This document shows, in pieces, positions 53,516 through 62,388 of a stretch of 64,000 nucleotides of DNA. Below the pieces are notes generated by a model. It worked only from the letters and a program-made list of their open reading frames with translations. It searched no databases and was not told where the DNA came from. Position 1 is the first letter of the stretch, and every line of letters begins with the position of its first letter. Origin of the DNA: a virus; IMG/VR virus record IMGVR_UViG_3300030085_002462. One strand, 5' to 3'. The position numbers were made by a program, and so were the translations under genes.

Positions 53516-53965
53516 ATGTCTGACAACACTTTGGGTAACCTTGAATCGACATCGCGTAATGTCAAGGAAATCACAGAATATGACATCGACAAGGTGGCAG
53601 GAGTTGAGACCACCGAAGAAGTCAGGGAAAAACTTGAAGCAACTAAAATTGAAGCAGGAGTGCTAATCTCCTATGATCAACTGGTTGTTAATTTCCTACA
53701 ACAATATGAAGATGCTAAAGAGGATCTTCTCAAGATGCAAACTGCACTTGATAACCTGCACTACACATCTACAGTGACTAAGATTTCACTGAAAGAGATG
53801 CAGGATAAGAAAGATTTTATGCATCAACTCCACGGTGCTATTGAAGCGCTGTATCTTTATCAGAAGCATGTTGATCCCAACGTGACTGATAAACCATGGA
53901 CATTTGAAGACCCTGAATATGATGAAACCACAATCACTGCCGACCCCACCACACAGGAAGGTTGA
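53516..53965 (+). CDS. Acidic coiled-coil hypothetical protein
   Basis: Late promoter TAAATA at 53485; heptad-like helices. Confidence 0.7.
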   Translation: MSDNTLGNLESTSRNVKEITEYDIDKVAGVETTEEVREKLEATKIEAGVLISYDQLVVNFLQQYEDAKEDLLKMQTALDNLHYTSTVTKISLKEMQDKKDFMHQLHGAIEALYLYQKHVDPNVTDKPWTFEDPEYDETTITADPTTQEG

Positions 53966-54575
53966 TCTACTATTTCCCACACCATTATGGACATTTGATG
54001 GGTGTGGGTTAGATACAAAAGAAATTACAGATTTCTGTTATGTAATTAAGGACGAAGGTCCTGGTAGAAAGGTAAGTAATATCGGTGACAATGCATATCA
54101 GTCACTAGATTTTATGCCCTCCATCCTACCCCGTACGCCCCTGTATGCCCTCTATAATAAGATTATGGAGTGTGCATACTCTGCTGCCGATGAATGGGGT
54201 TTCCAAGGGTATAAACTAGACATGGGTAATCTCTGGATTAATATCAATGGGAGAGCAGCATCTAACATGGTGCACACTCATCCTGGTTGTATATTGTCTG
54301 GAGTTTATTATGCTAAACTACCATCATGTTGTGAGGGTAGTCTTGTGTTGTGTGATACCTATGAGAGACAACATATGAAACAGTATTGGGCGGATCAAGG
54401 TAATATCAATAAGTATGATGATCTGAATAAGGATGAGCACACTGTTTATCCTAAGGAAGATAGTATGCATATATTTCCTGCATGGGTGCCACATTATGTG
54501 GATCCAAATATGAATCCTGATGGTGATGATCGTATTAGTATCAGTTTTAACCTCAGAGTGAGACAGTTTCGATGA
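53919..54575 (+). CDS. 2OG-Fe(II) oxygenase-like protein (TIGR02466-like)
   Basis: LFPTP, LWININ...NMVHTHPGCILSGVYY, IFPAWVPHYV, RISISFNL. Confidence 0.88.
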   Translation: MMKPQSLPTPPHRKVDLLFPTPLWTFDGCGLDTKEITDFCYVIKDEGPGRKVSNIGDNAYQSLDFMPSILPRTPLYALYNKIMECAYSAADEWGFQGYKLDMGNLWININGRAASNMVHTHPGCILSGVYYAKLPSCCEGSLVLCDTYERQHMKQYWADQGNINKYDDLNKDEHTVYPKEDSMHIFPAWVPHYVDPNMNPDGDDRISISFNLRVRQFR

Positions 54576-55243
54576 ATTATATCCAGTTAGATGATGTTGT
54601 AGCACCGACATCTTACTCACGACTCCATGCACTTGTTACAGGTGTAGAATTTCCATGGTTTTTTCATGCTAAGGATGTAACTTATCAAACTAATGGTGAA
54701 TTTACATTTGGTGGACAAGATCTATTCGAACCTCCCAAAGAGTATAGATTGCCTGGTTTTTTTCATGCTGTTATTAAGACTGATCAAGGTCCAGTTTCGC
54801 CCTACTTTGCCCTAATTGAAACAGCAGTGCTCAATTCTATTCAAGATAGATTGGGTGTTGAATGTCAATTCTTCCGTGCAATTTGGAGATTGACATTAAA
54901 TGCTGGTGACAGAGATGGACACACCACAGCACATGTTGATCATGATGATGATCACTACACTGCAATATATTATTTGAATGATTGCTCAGGTGATACTGTA
55001 TTGTTTGATCAATACGATGATCCTAAAGACTTCGATGGTAATGTAAGTGAGCGATGGTTAAAAGGTAGGAAACAACCTTATACTATTAACAGGAGACAGA
55101 CACCTAAAGCAAATAGTGCTATTATATTTGATGGTCATCAATATCATGCTGGCACACCTCCACAGGGTGACGATGCATGGAGAATAGTGTTAAACATAAA
55201 CTTTAAGACACATGAGCATATCTTTCCTGCCACATCAACTTAG
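54572..55243 (+). CDS. 2OG-Fe(II) oxygenase-like protein
   Basis: AHVDHD...TAIYYLND.SGDTVLF...IIFDG.QYHAG...RIVLNIN. Confidence 0.82.
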   Translation: MNYIQLDDVVAPTSYSRLHALVTGVEFPWFFHAKDVTYQTNGEFTFGGQDLFEPPKEYRLPGFFHAVIKTDQGPVSPYFALIETAVLNSIQDRLGVECQFFRAIWRLTLNAGDRDGHTTAHVDHDDDHYTAIYYLNDCSGDTVLFDQYDDPKDFDGNVSERWLKGRKQPYTINRRQTPKANSAIIFDGHQYHAGTPPQGDDAWRIVLNINFKTHEHIFPATST

Positions 55244-55910
55244 AGACACTAAAGAGTGGGATGTCGATGACAAACCACACATGTGGGAGGGCATCGCTAA
55301 AGATATTAGCGATGTTTTATCATGGGATAAAGTAGAGTATTGTCTCAACAATCCTCAATTCTTCCGTGTCAATCTACCTCATAATAATATCCCTCATTAT
55401 TATAGAAACTGGGGAGACAAAGAAGTACCTGATCCCAAAGATATATTTGAAGCAGTTAACAATGGTAGGACATTTATCATTGAAAACTATTCATGGTGTG
55501 ATGAGACTAGCAGACAATTAATGGATGCATTTGAAGCAGTGTTTCCATCATGTCAGGGTGAAATGCATGTGTATGGTGGCACATCAACTCATCAAAGTTT
55601 CCCTATTCATCAAGACTTAGCGAATAACTTTATTATTCAGTGTGAAGGTGAAACTCACTGGACTGTATATAATGATAGGGCAAGCAATCTACTCTCACAT
55701 CGTGAGACTATGGATGCAAAACTCAGTGAAAACTTGCTCACAGTTGCCATCGATTGCACTCTTAAAAAAGGTGATGTGCTCTACATCCCTGCTAGATGTT
55801 ATCATCGAGCACAACCAGACTCGCGTCGTCTCTCACTCAGTGTCCCGATGATGCACTTATGTCAATCAAAACCATACGATAGAAAGTATTATGAATTACG
55901 AAAGACTTAA
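55212..55910 (+). CDS. JmjC / cupin-4 (ROXA/YcfD-like) oxygenase
   Basis: SFPIHQD..NNFIIQCEGETHWTVY...LKKGDVLYIPARCYHRA...RLSLS. Confidence 0.82.
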   Translation: MSISFLPHQLRDTKEWDVDDKPHMWEGIAKDISDVLSWDKVEYCLNNPQFFRVNLPHNNIPHYYRNWGDKEVPDPKDIFEAVNNGRTFIIENYSWCDETSRQLMDAFEAVFPSCQGEMHVYGGTSTHQSFPIHQDLANNFIIQCEGETHWTVYNDRASNLLSHRETMDAKLSENLLTVAIDCTLKKGDVLYIPARCYHRAQPDSRRLSLSVPMMHLCQSKPYDRKYYELRKT

Positions 55911-56535
55911 TCCCTATGCATATGTGTTTAAGTCTAAAAGTATGATCGACTTTGAGACTGTTAAACCTAGAGTATTAGCATACCTAGATTATGCAAACAC
56001 ACAGCATCAAACATCACTAGAGAAAGATGGCGGTCGATCTTCAGTGCACTTGAGTGTGACTGACCCTCCACATGCTTGGGATGAATTCACACCTTTTAGA
56101 GAAAAGATGTTTGAAGTATGTGATGAAGTATGGAAGGAATGGAAGTTACAACCGTGTATCAAACAAGTAAAGGGATCATGGATTAATGAGCATCCACAGG
56201 GTGCATGGACTGATTCACATCATCACCACGGATGTCATTTAGTGGTGTCATGGTATATGAAACAACCTAAAAATAGTGGTCGGTTAATGATACAAAACCC
56301 ACTCACACCATACAAGATGAGCGAACCTACTGATGTTTTGTATGATGCTATGGGTATGGATTGGATCCCCATTGATACTGAAGAAGGTGACTTCTTAGTA
56401 TTTCCAGGTTGGTTAAAGCATAAAACAGAAACCAACAATTCCTCAGAAATGCGTTATATTATGAGTGTCAACATAAGTGCATATCGCTTTTATGGTGAAA
56501 ATGAAATGCCATTTCAACACAATAGAGTGACATAA
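55891..56535 (+). CDS. 2OG-Fe(II) oxygenase-like protein (TIGR02466-like)
   Basis: SWINEH...TDSHHH...WYM, EGDFLVFPGWLKH, RYIMSVNI. Confidence 0.85.
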   Translation: MNYERLNPYAYVFKSKSMIDFETVKPRVLAYLDYANTQHQTSLEKDGGRSSVHLSVTDPPHAWDEFTPFREKMFEVCDEVWKEWKLQPCIKQVKGSWINEHPQGAWTDSHHHHGCHLVVSWYMKQPKNSGRLMIQNPLTPYKMSEPTDVLYDAMGMDWIPIDTEEGDFLVFPGWLKHKTETNNSSEMRYIMSVNISAYRFYGENEMPFQHNRVT

Positions 56536-56594
56536 CGTTGACGATACCACCAAAACCCGCTTAAATAGTAATGCCACGTTGCAAAGAGGGAGGC

Positions 56595-56759
56595 ATGTCC
56601 ATTTGGAAAACTCAGATCCTCGCTAATAGCGAGAAATCTCTCGTTAAACATGCATTGTTTTTATATCAAAAGCAAATGTATGACAAAATCGGAGAGTTAT
56701 CACCTGCTCAGAGGGTAACACTCCAATCTATCGTCGAAAAGTTATCCTTAACCACATGA
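56595..56759 (+). CDS. Hypothetical protein
   Basis: GGAGG RBS before the ATG at 56595. Confidence 0.65.
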   Translation: MSIWKTQILANSEKSLVKHALFLYQKQMYDKIGELSPAQRVTLQSIVEKLSLTT

Positions 56760-57085
56760 CCACACCATTACTGATAGGGGAATCAGTCCCCAAAGAAGTA
56801 AAAAACATCCTCAAATCTCTTGAGGTAGGACAAAGAGCACGGATTGGATCTGTTGAAGGTTTTATTGAATTTGTCAGTGATGAATACATCACTGTTTGTG
56901 TTTCAACTAAACCCAATCCCGAAGGATCTAGACAACCAATGAATAAATGTTGTGTTTGTGTTTATCCATATCAATGGGACGATCTAGAGATAGAAGACGA
57001 GCACTTCTATGACCACAAAGCATTCAGGGGCAAAACTAATGACCATCCTGGAAATGAAATGCTACCTGATATAGACGATAGGTAA
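56756..57085 (+). CDS. Hypothetical protein
   Basis: ORF track; ATGA overlap. Confidence 0.7.
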   Translation: MTTPLLIGESVPKEVKNILKSLEVGQRARIGSVEGFIEFVSDEYITVCVSTKPNPEGSRQPMNKCCVCVYPYQWDDLEIEDEHFYDHKAFRGKTNDHPGNEMLPDIDDR

Positions 57086-57093
57086 ACTGTCAC

Positions 57094-57128
57094 AGGGGGT
57101 TGAGACACCCCCTTTTTTTGTGTATAAT
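57094..57128 (+). promoter_or_regulatory. Terminator hairpin fused with a sigma70 promoter for the helicase
   Basis: AGGGGG-TTGAGAC-ACCCCCT plus T run; TTGAGA(57100-05)-17 nt-TATAAT(57123-28). Confidence 0.7.
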
Positions 57129-57150
57129 AGGTGCAACGACACGAAAAGCA

Positions 57151-58389
57151 TTGATCACTCTCCGTCCCCACCAGTCACGAGCACTCGACGCTATGTGTGC
57201 CACTGGTCACGGTCAGGTGATCGTCCCGACTGGTGGTGGTAAAACCATCATCATGATCGAGCACGCTAAGCACCTGCTCAACCAAGGTCCTAAGACTATT
57301 GTTGTGGTTGCACCTCGCATTCTTCTCGCTAATCAACTTAGCGAAGAATTCATGCAGTTTATCCCTACAACATGGACACACGTTGCACACTGCCACAGTG
57401 GTGAAACTCATCACTTCTCTACAACTAAGAGCGACAAACTTGCTCTCTTCAATAATACTGCACGAGCAGCAAGTGAGTCTTGCATTATCTTCACGACGTA
57501 TCATTCTTTGCGTCGTGTTGTAGATAGTGGCATCGATGTAGATGCTATTTACTTCGATGAAGCACACAATGCTTGCACTAAGCACTTCTTCGTAAGTGTT
57601 GCTGCTATGTCATTCAGTGCAGATAAGAAGTATTTCTTCACTGCTACACCTCGTGTCAGCAATAAGCATGACCGTGGTATGAATAACCGTGAGATCTTCG
57701 GTCCAGTGATTGAGAATGTCCCTGCACCCGAGTTGATCAAAGGCGGTCACATTCTTCGTCCTACTATTGTCCCTTTCGAGACTGATTACACAGTAGACAA
57801 GAAACAACCCCATCTGGTCCACTCTACTACAGTGCAGGATATCATCGACAACCTCGATGAATCACATGCTGCTAAAGTGTTGGTTGCCGTGCCATCTTCT
57901 CGTGTGCTTGGCAACATCCTCGGACATACTGATCTACTCTTTCAACTGAAAGATCGTGGATATGATGTCCTCCACGTTACCTCTAAATTTGGAGCATATG
58001 TCAACGACCAAAAAGTCAACCGTGAAAAGTTTTTTGAAACCCTCAATGCGTGGGGTAAAGAAGATGACAGAAAATTCGTCATCTTTCATTACAGCATCCT
58101 TTCGGAAGGTATCAACGTTGCTGGTCTCACTCACACGATTCTCTTGCGAAATCTTAACGTCGTCGAGATGGCACAAACTATCGGAAGGGTTATCCGACTT
58201 GATAAGCGCGATGCCGCTGGTATTGCGAGCGGTGATCTTTCTCCTTGCTCTTGGAGTTGCTATCACAAACCCACTGGTTACGTTAGTGTGCCTGTCCATA
58301 GCAATCATGGTGCCGCAGTTATCAAAAGACTGCAAAGAGTAACTGATGAGATCTTTGTGAAGGGCGTCCCTGCTACTGCCCTCGTGTGA
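57151..58389 (+). CDS. Superfamily 2 DEAH helicase (ResIII-like)
   Basis: LRPHQ Q motif, VPTGGGKT, VVAPRILLANQ, YFDEAH, FTATP, ILSEGINV, QTIGRVIR. TTG start at 57151. Confidence 0.92.
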   Translation: MITLRPHQSRALDAMCATGHGQVIVPTGGGKTIIMIEHAKHLLNQGPKTIVVVAPRILLANQLSEEFMQFIPTTWTHVAHCHSGETHHFSTTKSDKLALFNNTARAASESCIIFTTYHSLRRVVDSGIDVDAIYFDEAHNACTKHFFVSVAAMSFSADKKYFFTATPRVSNKHDRGMNNREIFGPVIENVPAPELIKGGHILRPTIVPFETDYTVDKKQPHLVHSTTVQDIIDNLDESHAAKVLVAVPSSRVLGNILGHTDLLFQLKDRGYDVLHVTSKFGAYVNDQKVNREKFFETLNAWGKEDDRKFVIFHYSILSEGINVAGLTHTILLRNLNVVEMAQTIGRVIRLDKRDAAGIASGDLSPCSWSCYHKPTGYVSVPVHSNHGAAVIKRLQRVTDEIFVKGVPATALV

Positions 58390-58465
58390 CAATCTACAAG
58401 GTGCACACTAATTGTTGTGCACCTATTTTTCTTGGGTTATATTATATACATAACACACAAGGCAC

Positions 58466-59068
58466 ATGACAAACACACAACTCTCCGACGCTCTCTTCAG
58501 AATCATCCCTAAAGCAGTCAACCTCACCACACAGCGCGTTTCTAAAATGCTTGCTATTGGTAGTGGTGGCACAAAACCTGACCTTGATTCATTCTTCGGT
58601 GAAGATAACACAGTTGACAAGACTAAGTTTCTTGCTAACATCTTCAATCCTGCACTTGAGAATGCAGCACAAGAGTTAGGTGTTGATTACATTACTGAGG
58701 AAACTGTTGGATATGATGCTATACTATTAGGAGAGGAGATTGAGAATAAGATGTCTCTAGGATCTAGCACATCTTCATTCGCTACTGGTAACAACCACAG
58801 CAAGACTAAAGTTGATAAGATCTTTTGTGTGAAACTCACACAGGATGGTAACAACTTCCCTCAGATCTTCGCTTGCATTGTTGACCTATCTCTCGCACAA
58901 AATCCTAAGACAGGATGGACAGATTCAGTTACTAAGACTGGTAAGAATAACAATGGATTCTCAACTCTCAGAGTCCACAATGAGGATCTAATCTGCATCA
59001 CTCCGATCTATGGTAAAGTAAGAAGGACTCAGAAATTCATTCACACTGTATATGAAACTATCTCTTGA
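58466..59068 (+). CDS. Putative type II restriction endonuclease (PD-(D/E)xK fold)
   Basis: GYDAILLGEEIENKMS resembles a D...ExK catalytic motif; the ORF overlaps the start of a methyltransferase. Confidence 0.5.
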   Translation: MTNTQLSDALFRIIPKAVNLTTQRVSKMLAIGSGGTKPDLDSFFGEDNTVDKTKFLANIFNPALENAAQELGVDYITEETVGYDAILLGEEIENKMSLGSSTSSFATGNNHSKTKVDKIFCVKLTQDGNNFPQIFACIVDLSLAQNPKTGWTDSVTKTGKNNNGFSTLRVHNEDLICITPIYGKVRRTQKFIHTVYETIS

Positions 59069-59891
59069 TGATACATATCTCATGAGTTGTATCGATGGGA
59101 TGCAACTTATGGATGAGGAGAGTGTTGACTTAGTTGTCACCTCTCCTCCTTATGATGACTTGAGGACATACAATGATTCCAGTAAGTGGGATCATAATGT
59201 GTTTATGCAGGTTGCTGATAACCTCACCCGCGTATTGAAGCAGGGTGGGGTTATTATGTGGAATGTGAATGACGCTACGATTAAAGGTAGTGAGTCTGGA
59301 TCCTCTTTCCGTCAGTGTCTATATTTCATGGATAAGTGTGGTCTACGACTACACGATACTATGATATATGAGAAGACTGGCACAGCATTCGCGTCAGGTC
59401 CTAAGAGTGTGAGATATACTCAAATCTTTGAGTATTGTTTCATACTATCCAAGGGTAAACCTAAGACTATTAATCTTATTCAAGATAAGAAGAATGCATG
59501 GGCAGGTTACACCAGTTTTGGCAATGCTAAGACTCGAAAGAAGGATGGCACAATGCATGATCCTAATCGAAAGAGTAATGTCATCCGTGAATATGGTGTA
59601 AGGACTAACATTTGGAAGATCAAAAACTCAGGTGGTTTTGGTCAATCATCCAAAGCAAGTTACAAACATCCTGCCACAATGCCTGAGGAATTGGCAAGGG
59701 GTCACATTCAAACATGGTCAAATCCAAACGATTTAGTTTTAGATCCTTTTATGGGTGCTGGCACCACTGCACAGGTTGCACTTGAGGAGAAGAGACATTT
59801 TATTGGATTTGAGATTGATGAAATGTATCATGGCATGTGTGTTGAGCGTGTGCTACCATTTAAGGACAATCTAATCACTCGTTTACAATGA
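59052..59891 (+). CDS. DNA amino-methyltransferase (N4-C/N6-A, beta class)
   Basis: VVTSPPY, LHDTMIYEK, HPATMPEEL, VLDPFMGAGTT, FIGFEID. Confidence 0.93.
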   Translation: MKLSLDDTYLMSCIDGMQLMDEESVDLVVTSPPYDDLRTYNDSSKWDHNVFMQVADNLTRVLKQGGVIMWNVNDATIKGSESGSSFRQCLYFMDKCGLRLHDTMIYEKTGTAFASGPKSVRYTQIFEYCFILSKGKPKTINLIQDKKNAWAGYTSFGNAKTRKKDGTMHDPNRKSNVIREYGVRTNIWKIKNSGGFGQSSKASYKHPATMPEELARGHIQTWSNPNDLVLDPFMGAGTTAQVALEEKRHFIGFEIDEMYHGMCVERVLPFKDNLITRLQ

Positions 59892-60169
59892 TTCACGAAG
59901 TGCCTGAGGGTTACTCACATTATAGTTGTGAGCAATTTAACAAAACATATGATCGTGTGTGGTTACATCACTCACGAGAATACATATATTCAGAGGGTGC
60001 AGAAGTCAAAACAGTATGGGGATTTATCAAGCGTAAAACTGGTGCAATTCATTCACCAGTAAATGCTAAAAAGGTCGGTAAGATCATCGATCCCGATCAA
60101 ACTACGCCCTACACTGCTATGCCACGCCCTAAAGTTAGTCCACTCATGCTATTGTGTGATTATGATTAA
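59888..60169 (+). CDS. Conserved cyanophage hypothetical protein
   Basis: VWGFIKRKTG.IHSP.NAKKVG. Confidence 0.75.
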   Translation: MIHEVPEGYSHYSCEQFNKTYDRVWLHHSREYIYSEGAEVKTVWGFIKRKTGAIHSPVNAKKVGKIIDPDQTTPYTAMPRPKVSPLMLLCDYD

Positions 60170-60419
60170 AGATCGTGCGATCGTGACCCCCAAGACCCCT
60201 AAGGCAAGGGAAATTCTAACAAATCACTTAAATAATAAGAGTGAGGTTAGACTTGAGGCATATAAGATGCGATCAGGCATTAAAAGGTGCTTCGTCAGTG
60301 CTATCGACAACCCAGACTTTTGGTTTTGGGTAGATAAGGACTGGGATGAAGACTGGGACATTTACATTATTAATGATGACAATACCAAGTTTCACACAGA
60401 CATCGGACGCCCCATATGA
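60162..60419 (+). CDS. Hypothetical protein
   Basis: In-frame ATG at 60162 (MIKDRAIVTPKTPKA...). Confidence 0.65.
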   Translation: MIKDRAIVTPKTPKAREILTNHLNNKSEVRLEAYKMRSGIKRCFVSAIDNPDFWFWVDKDWDEDWDIYIINDDNTKFHTDIGRPI

Positions 60420-60579
60420 CCGTCACTGGTATAAAGTATGGTGCACTGATAACTCAGTTAAAATACTACACTCCTATCAAGAAGTGCAAGAAGTGTGGTG
60501 GAATTTTAAGCACTTCTTATCACATGTAGAGGTCATCGATGCCAAACGAAACAAACAATCAGGATCAGGATTCGGGTGA
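60376..60579 (+). CDS. Conserved cyanophage hypothetical protein
   Basis: FTQTSDAPYDRHWYK motif. Confidence 0.7.
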   Translation: MTIPSFTQTSDAPYDRHWYKVWCTDNSVKILHSYQEVQEVWWNFKHFLSHVEVIDAKRNKQSGSGFG

Positions 60580-60751
60580 TGGGTTGTCCATCACTGTTGA
60601 CGATAATGGCAATGTTAGTATAGAATGGGATCACAATGACCCTAGATGGTCAATGTTTAATGGATGGAAGTCAGAAGACTTTCTTCAATTAATTAGTGAC
60701 GGAATTACCAAATACGATTTAAGACACGAATTGAATCATGATGACATCTAA
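60539..60751 (+). CDS. Hypothetical protein
   Basis: I.IEWDHNDPRWSMFN motif. Confidence 0.65.
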   Translation: MPNETNNQDQDSGDGLSITVDDNGNVSIEWDHNDPRWSMFNGWKSEDFLQLISDGITKYDLRHELNHDDI

Positions 60752-61010
60752 CGCTATTAGCGATTTTAATATCAATAATGACCAAACTGGCACTATTGAG
60801 AAACACCACGAAAATTTGAAAACATGCAAATCTGCATTTTGTGATATTCTTTATGAATTCCTTGATGAAGGTGTGCTAACTCCTGGAGAAACTGTTTCAT
60901 GCTTCCGTGATGCATTGCAAATGATTGTGGATAATCATCAACAGTCATTGAATAACAGTAAAGCAGCACTGGAATTGATCTCTCAAATTAGTAAGAATGA
61001 AGATCAATGA
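60738..61010 (+). CDS. Hypothetical protein
   Basis: ORF track; coupled to its neighbours. Confidence 0.65.
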   Translation: MMTSNAISDFNINNDQTGTIEKHHENLKTCKSAFCDILYEFLDEGVLTPGETVSCFRDALQMIVDNHQQSLNNSKAALELISQISKNEDQ

Positions 61011-61233
61011 TGGTGAAGAAGGGAAGAAAGCATCTAAAGAATTGAATGATGCAATGTGGTCAATAAGGAAATTATATGACCCAGAGAATATCAATTCACT
61101 CGAAGATTCACTAGATGACACACTCTCAAAATTCAACAAACTATCAGAAACCCTGCGAAGATCCGCTGAAGTGTCAGGACTGGCAAAACGCAAACTTAAA
61201 AATCCTAGACAGAGTGATGGCAAATTATTCTAA
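60997..61233 (+). CDS. Hypothetical protein
   Basis: ORF track; coupled to its neighbours. Confidence 0.6.
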   Translation: MKINDGEEGKKASKELNDAMWSIRKLYDPENINSLEDSLDDTLSKFNKLSETLRRSAEVSGLAKRKLKNPRQSDGKLF

Positions 61234-61340
61234 TGATATGCCAGTGGCAGAAGTGCACACTGAAGAGAGCGGATCTGCCCCTTAGTGCCTATTATAGGTG
61301 CATAGCAAACAACCCAGTGACTTTTCCAATTCTCTCTCGA

Positions 61341-61508
61341 ATGATTCACTCAAAGAAAACTATCATTGACATCATGAAAACATGTGACAATACTGATATG
61401 TTGTCACGAGAAGAGAAGTTTGAAGTATTCTGCAAAGTATGTGATAACATGCTAAACGAAGGTAGAATCACTAAAGTAAATCACACTCGCTGGACTACTA
61501 TTTTTTGA
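61341..61508 (+). CDS. Hypothetical protein
   Basis: In-frame ATG downstream of the promoter at 61290. Confidence 0.7.
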   Translation: MIHSKKTIIDIMKTCDNTDMLSREEKFEVFCKVCDNMLNEGRITKVNHTRWTTIF

Positions 61509-61510
61509 TT

Positions 61511-61639
61511 ATGAGCACACTACACCACGAATCTATTCTTGAAACCATCTATGATGAAATTTGTGAAGAATTTCCCGAATTGAATGATGATGCCAAATTT
61601 GAATTAACACGTCAACGTTTTGAGGATCAGTGTCAATGA
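61511..61639 (+). CDS. Small acidic protein, 42 aa (MSTLHHESILETIYDEICEEFPEL...)
   Basis: Hand translation; below the ORF-track cutoff; ATGA coupling downstream. Confidence 0.7.
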   Translation: MSTLHHESILETIYDEICEEFPELNDDAKFELTRQRFEDQCQ

Positions 61640-61776
61640 GAATCGCACTTGCTTTTATTGTTGTAATTCTTGGCGCTAACATCGGTTTATCTGTTGTTAA
61701 CAAATTTCAAGAGATCCAAGACGCTAAAATGGAGCGTCTTTGCAACATTGATGAATCTTACTGCACACCACAATGA
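61636..61776 (+). CDS. Small membrane protein, 46 aa (MRIALAFIVVILGANIG...LCNIDESYC)
   Basis: Hand translation; ATGA overlaps at both ends. Confidence 0.7.
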   Translation: MRIALAFIVVILGANIGLSVVNKFQEIQDAKMERLCNIDESYCTPQ

Positions 61777-62012
61777 CATACGAAGAAAATCGTAAACAAT
61801 CACTCGATGAAGTAATTCAAGAGTATATTGAAGACGAAAAATGTGGTCCAGATCTTTTAGTTAAAGATATTTTGGACACACTAACAACAATCCGTGAGTA
61901 TCATGAAACACAGGCACGAAAGTGTGATGTAGTTTACATGAAACTTAATGGTATCCTGAGGGGTTTCGGGACAGTCGCGGAAGTGCCCACTAACGCCCCC
62001 AAAGCACCCTGA
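61773..62012 (+). CDS. Hypothetical protein
   Basis: ORF track. Confidence 0.7.
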   Translation: MTYEENRKQSLDEVIQEYIEDEKCGPDLLVKDILDTLTTIREYHETQARKCDVVYMKLNGILRGFGTVAEVPTNAPKAP

Positions 62013-62053
62013 TCGATGCCATACTATAAAAGTCAAAACAAACGAGGCATTTC

Positions 62054-62305
62054 ATGCAACTCACTTCCAAAGGTGCAAACATGGTTGTTGATTTCTATCC
62101 TGTTAAGTTCGCAGATGGTGAAATCAGCACTCGTTACATTTTGAAGACTGTTACATTCATGGGCAAATCTCAATCCAAGCGTTATATCTTAACGAAAGAT
62201 TTCCGTCGTGAAGTATACTCCCGTGTGGAGGGTTATGGTTACGAAGTGACCGATTTTCACACTTATCCTCAACTCTTCAACTCTGCAATGTCTCTTGCCT
62301 GCTGA
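62054..62305 (+). CDS. Conserved cyanophage early hypothetical protein
   Basis: GAGG RBS; MQLTSK...VVDFYPVK...LFNSAM. Confidence 0.75.
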   Translation: MQLTSKGANMVVDFYPVKFADGEISTRYILKTVTFMGKSQSKRYILTKDFRREVYSRVEGYGYEVTDFHTYPQLFNSAMSLAC

Positions 62306-62388
62306 TGTCAACTGAATTCAGTCTCGCTATCACTGGCATTTTATTTGTTGGTGGTATTATTTTATTCTTCAAAGCAGTTTATCGATGA
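62305..62388 (+). CDS. 27-aa membrane peptide (MSTEFSLAITGILFVGGIILFFKAVYR)
   Basis: Hand translation; TGATG and ATGA coupling. Confidence 0.6.
   Translation: MSTEFSLAITGILFVGGIILFFKAVYR

Noticed and set aside
57100-57150. Helicase start at 57100 from the ORF track
   Set aside because: That region is the terminator/promoter itself; TTG 57151 precedes the Q motif.
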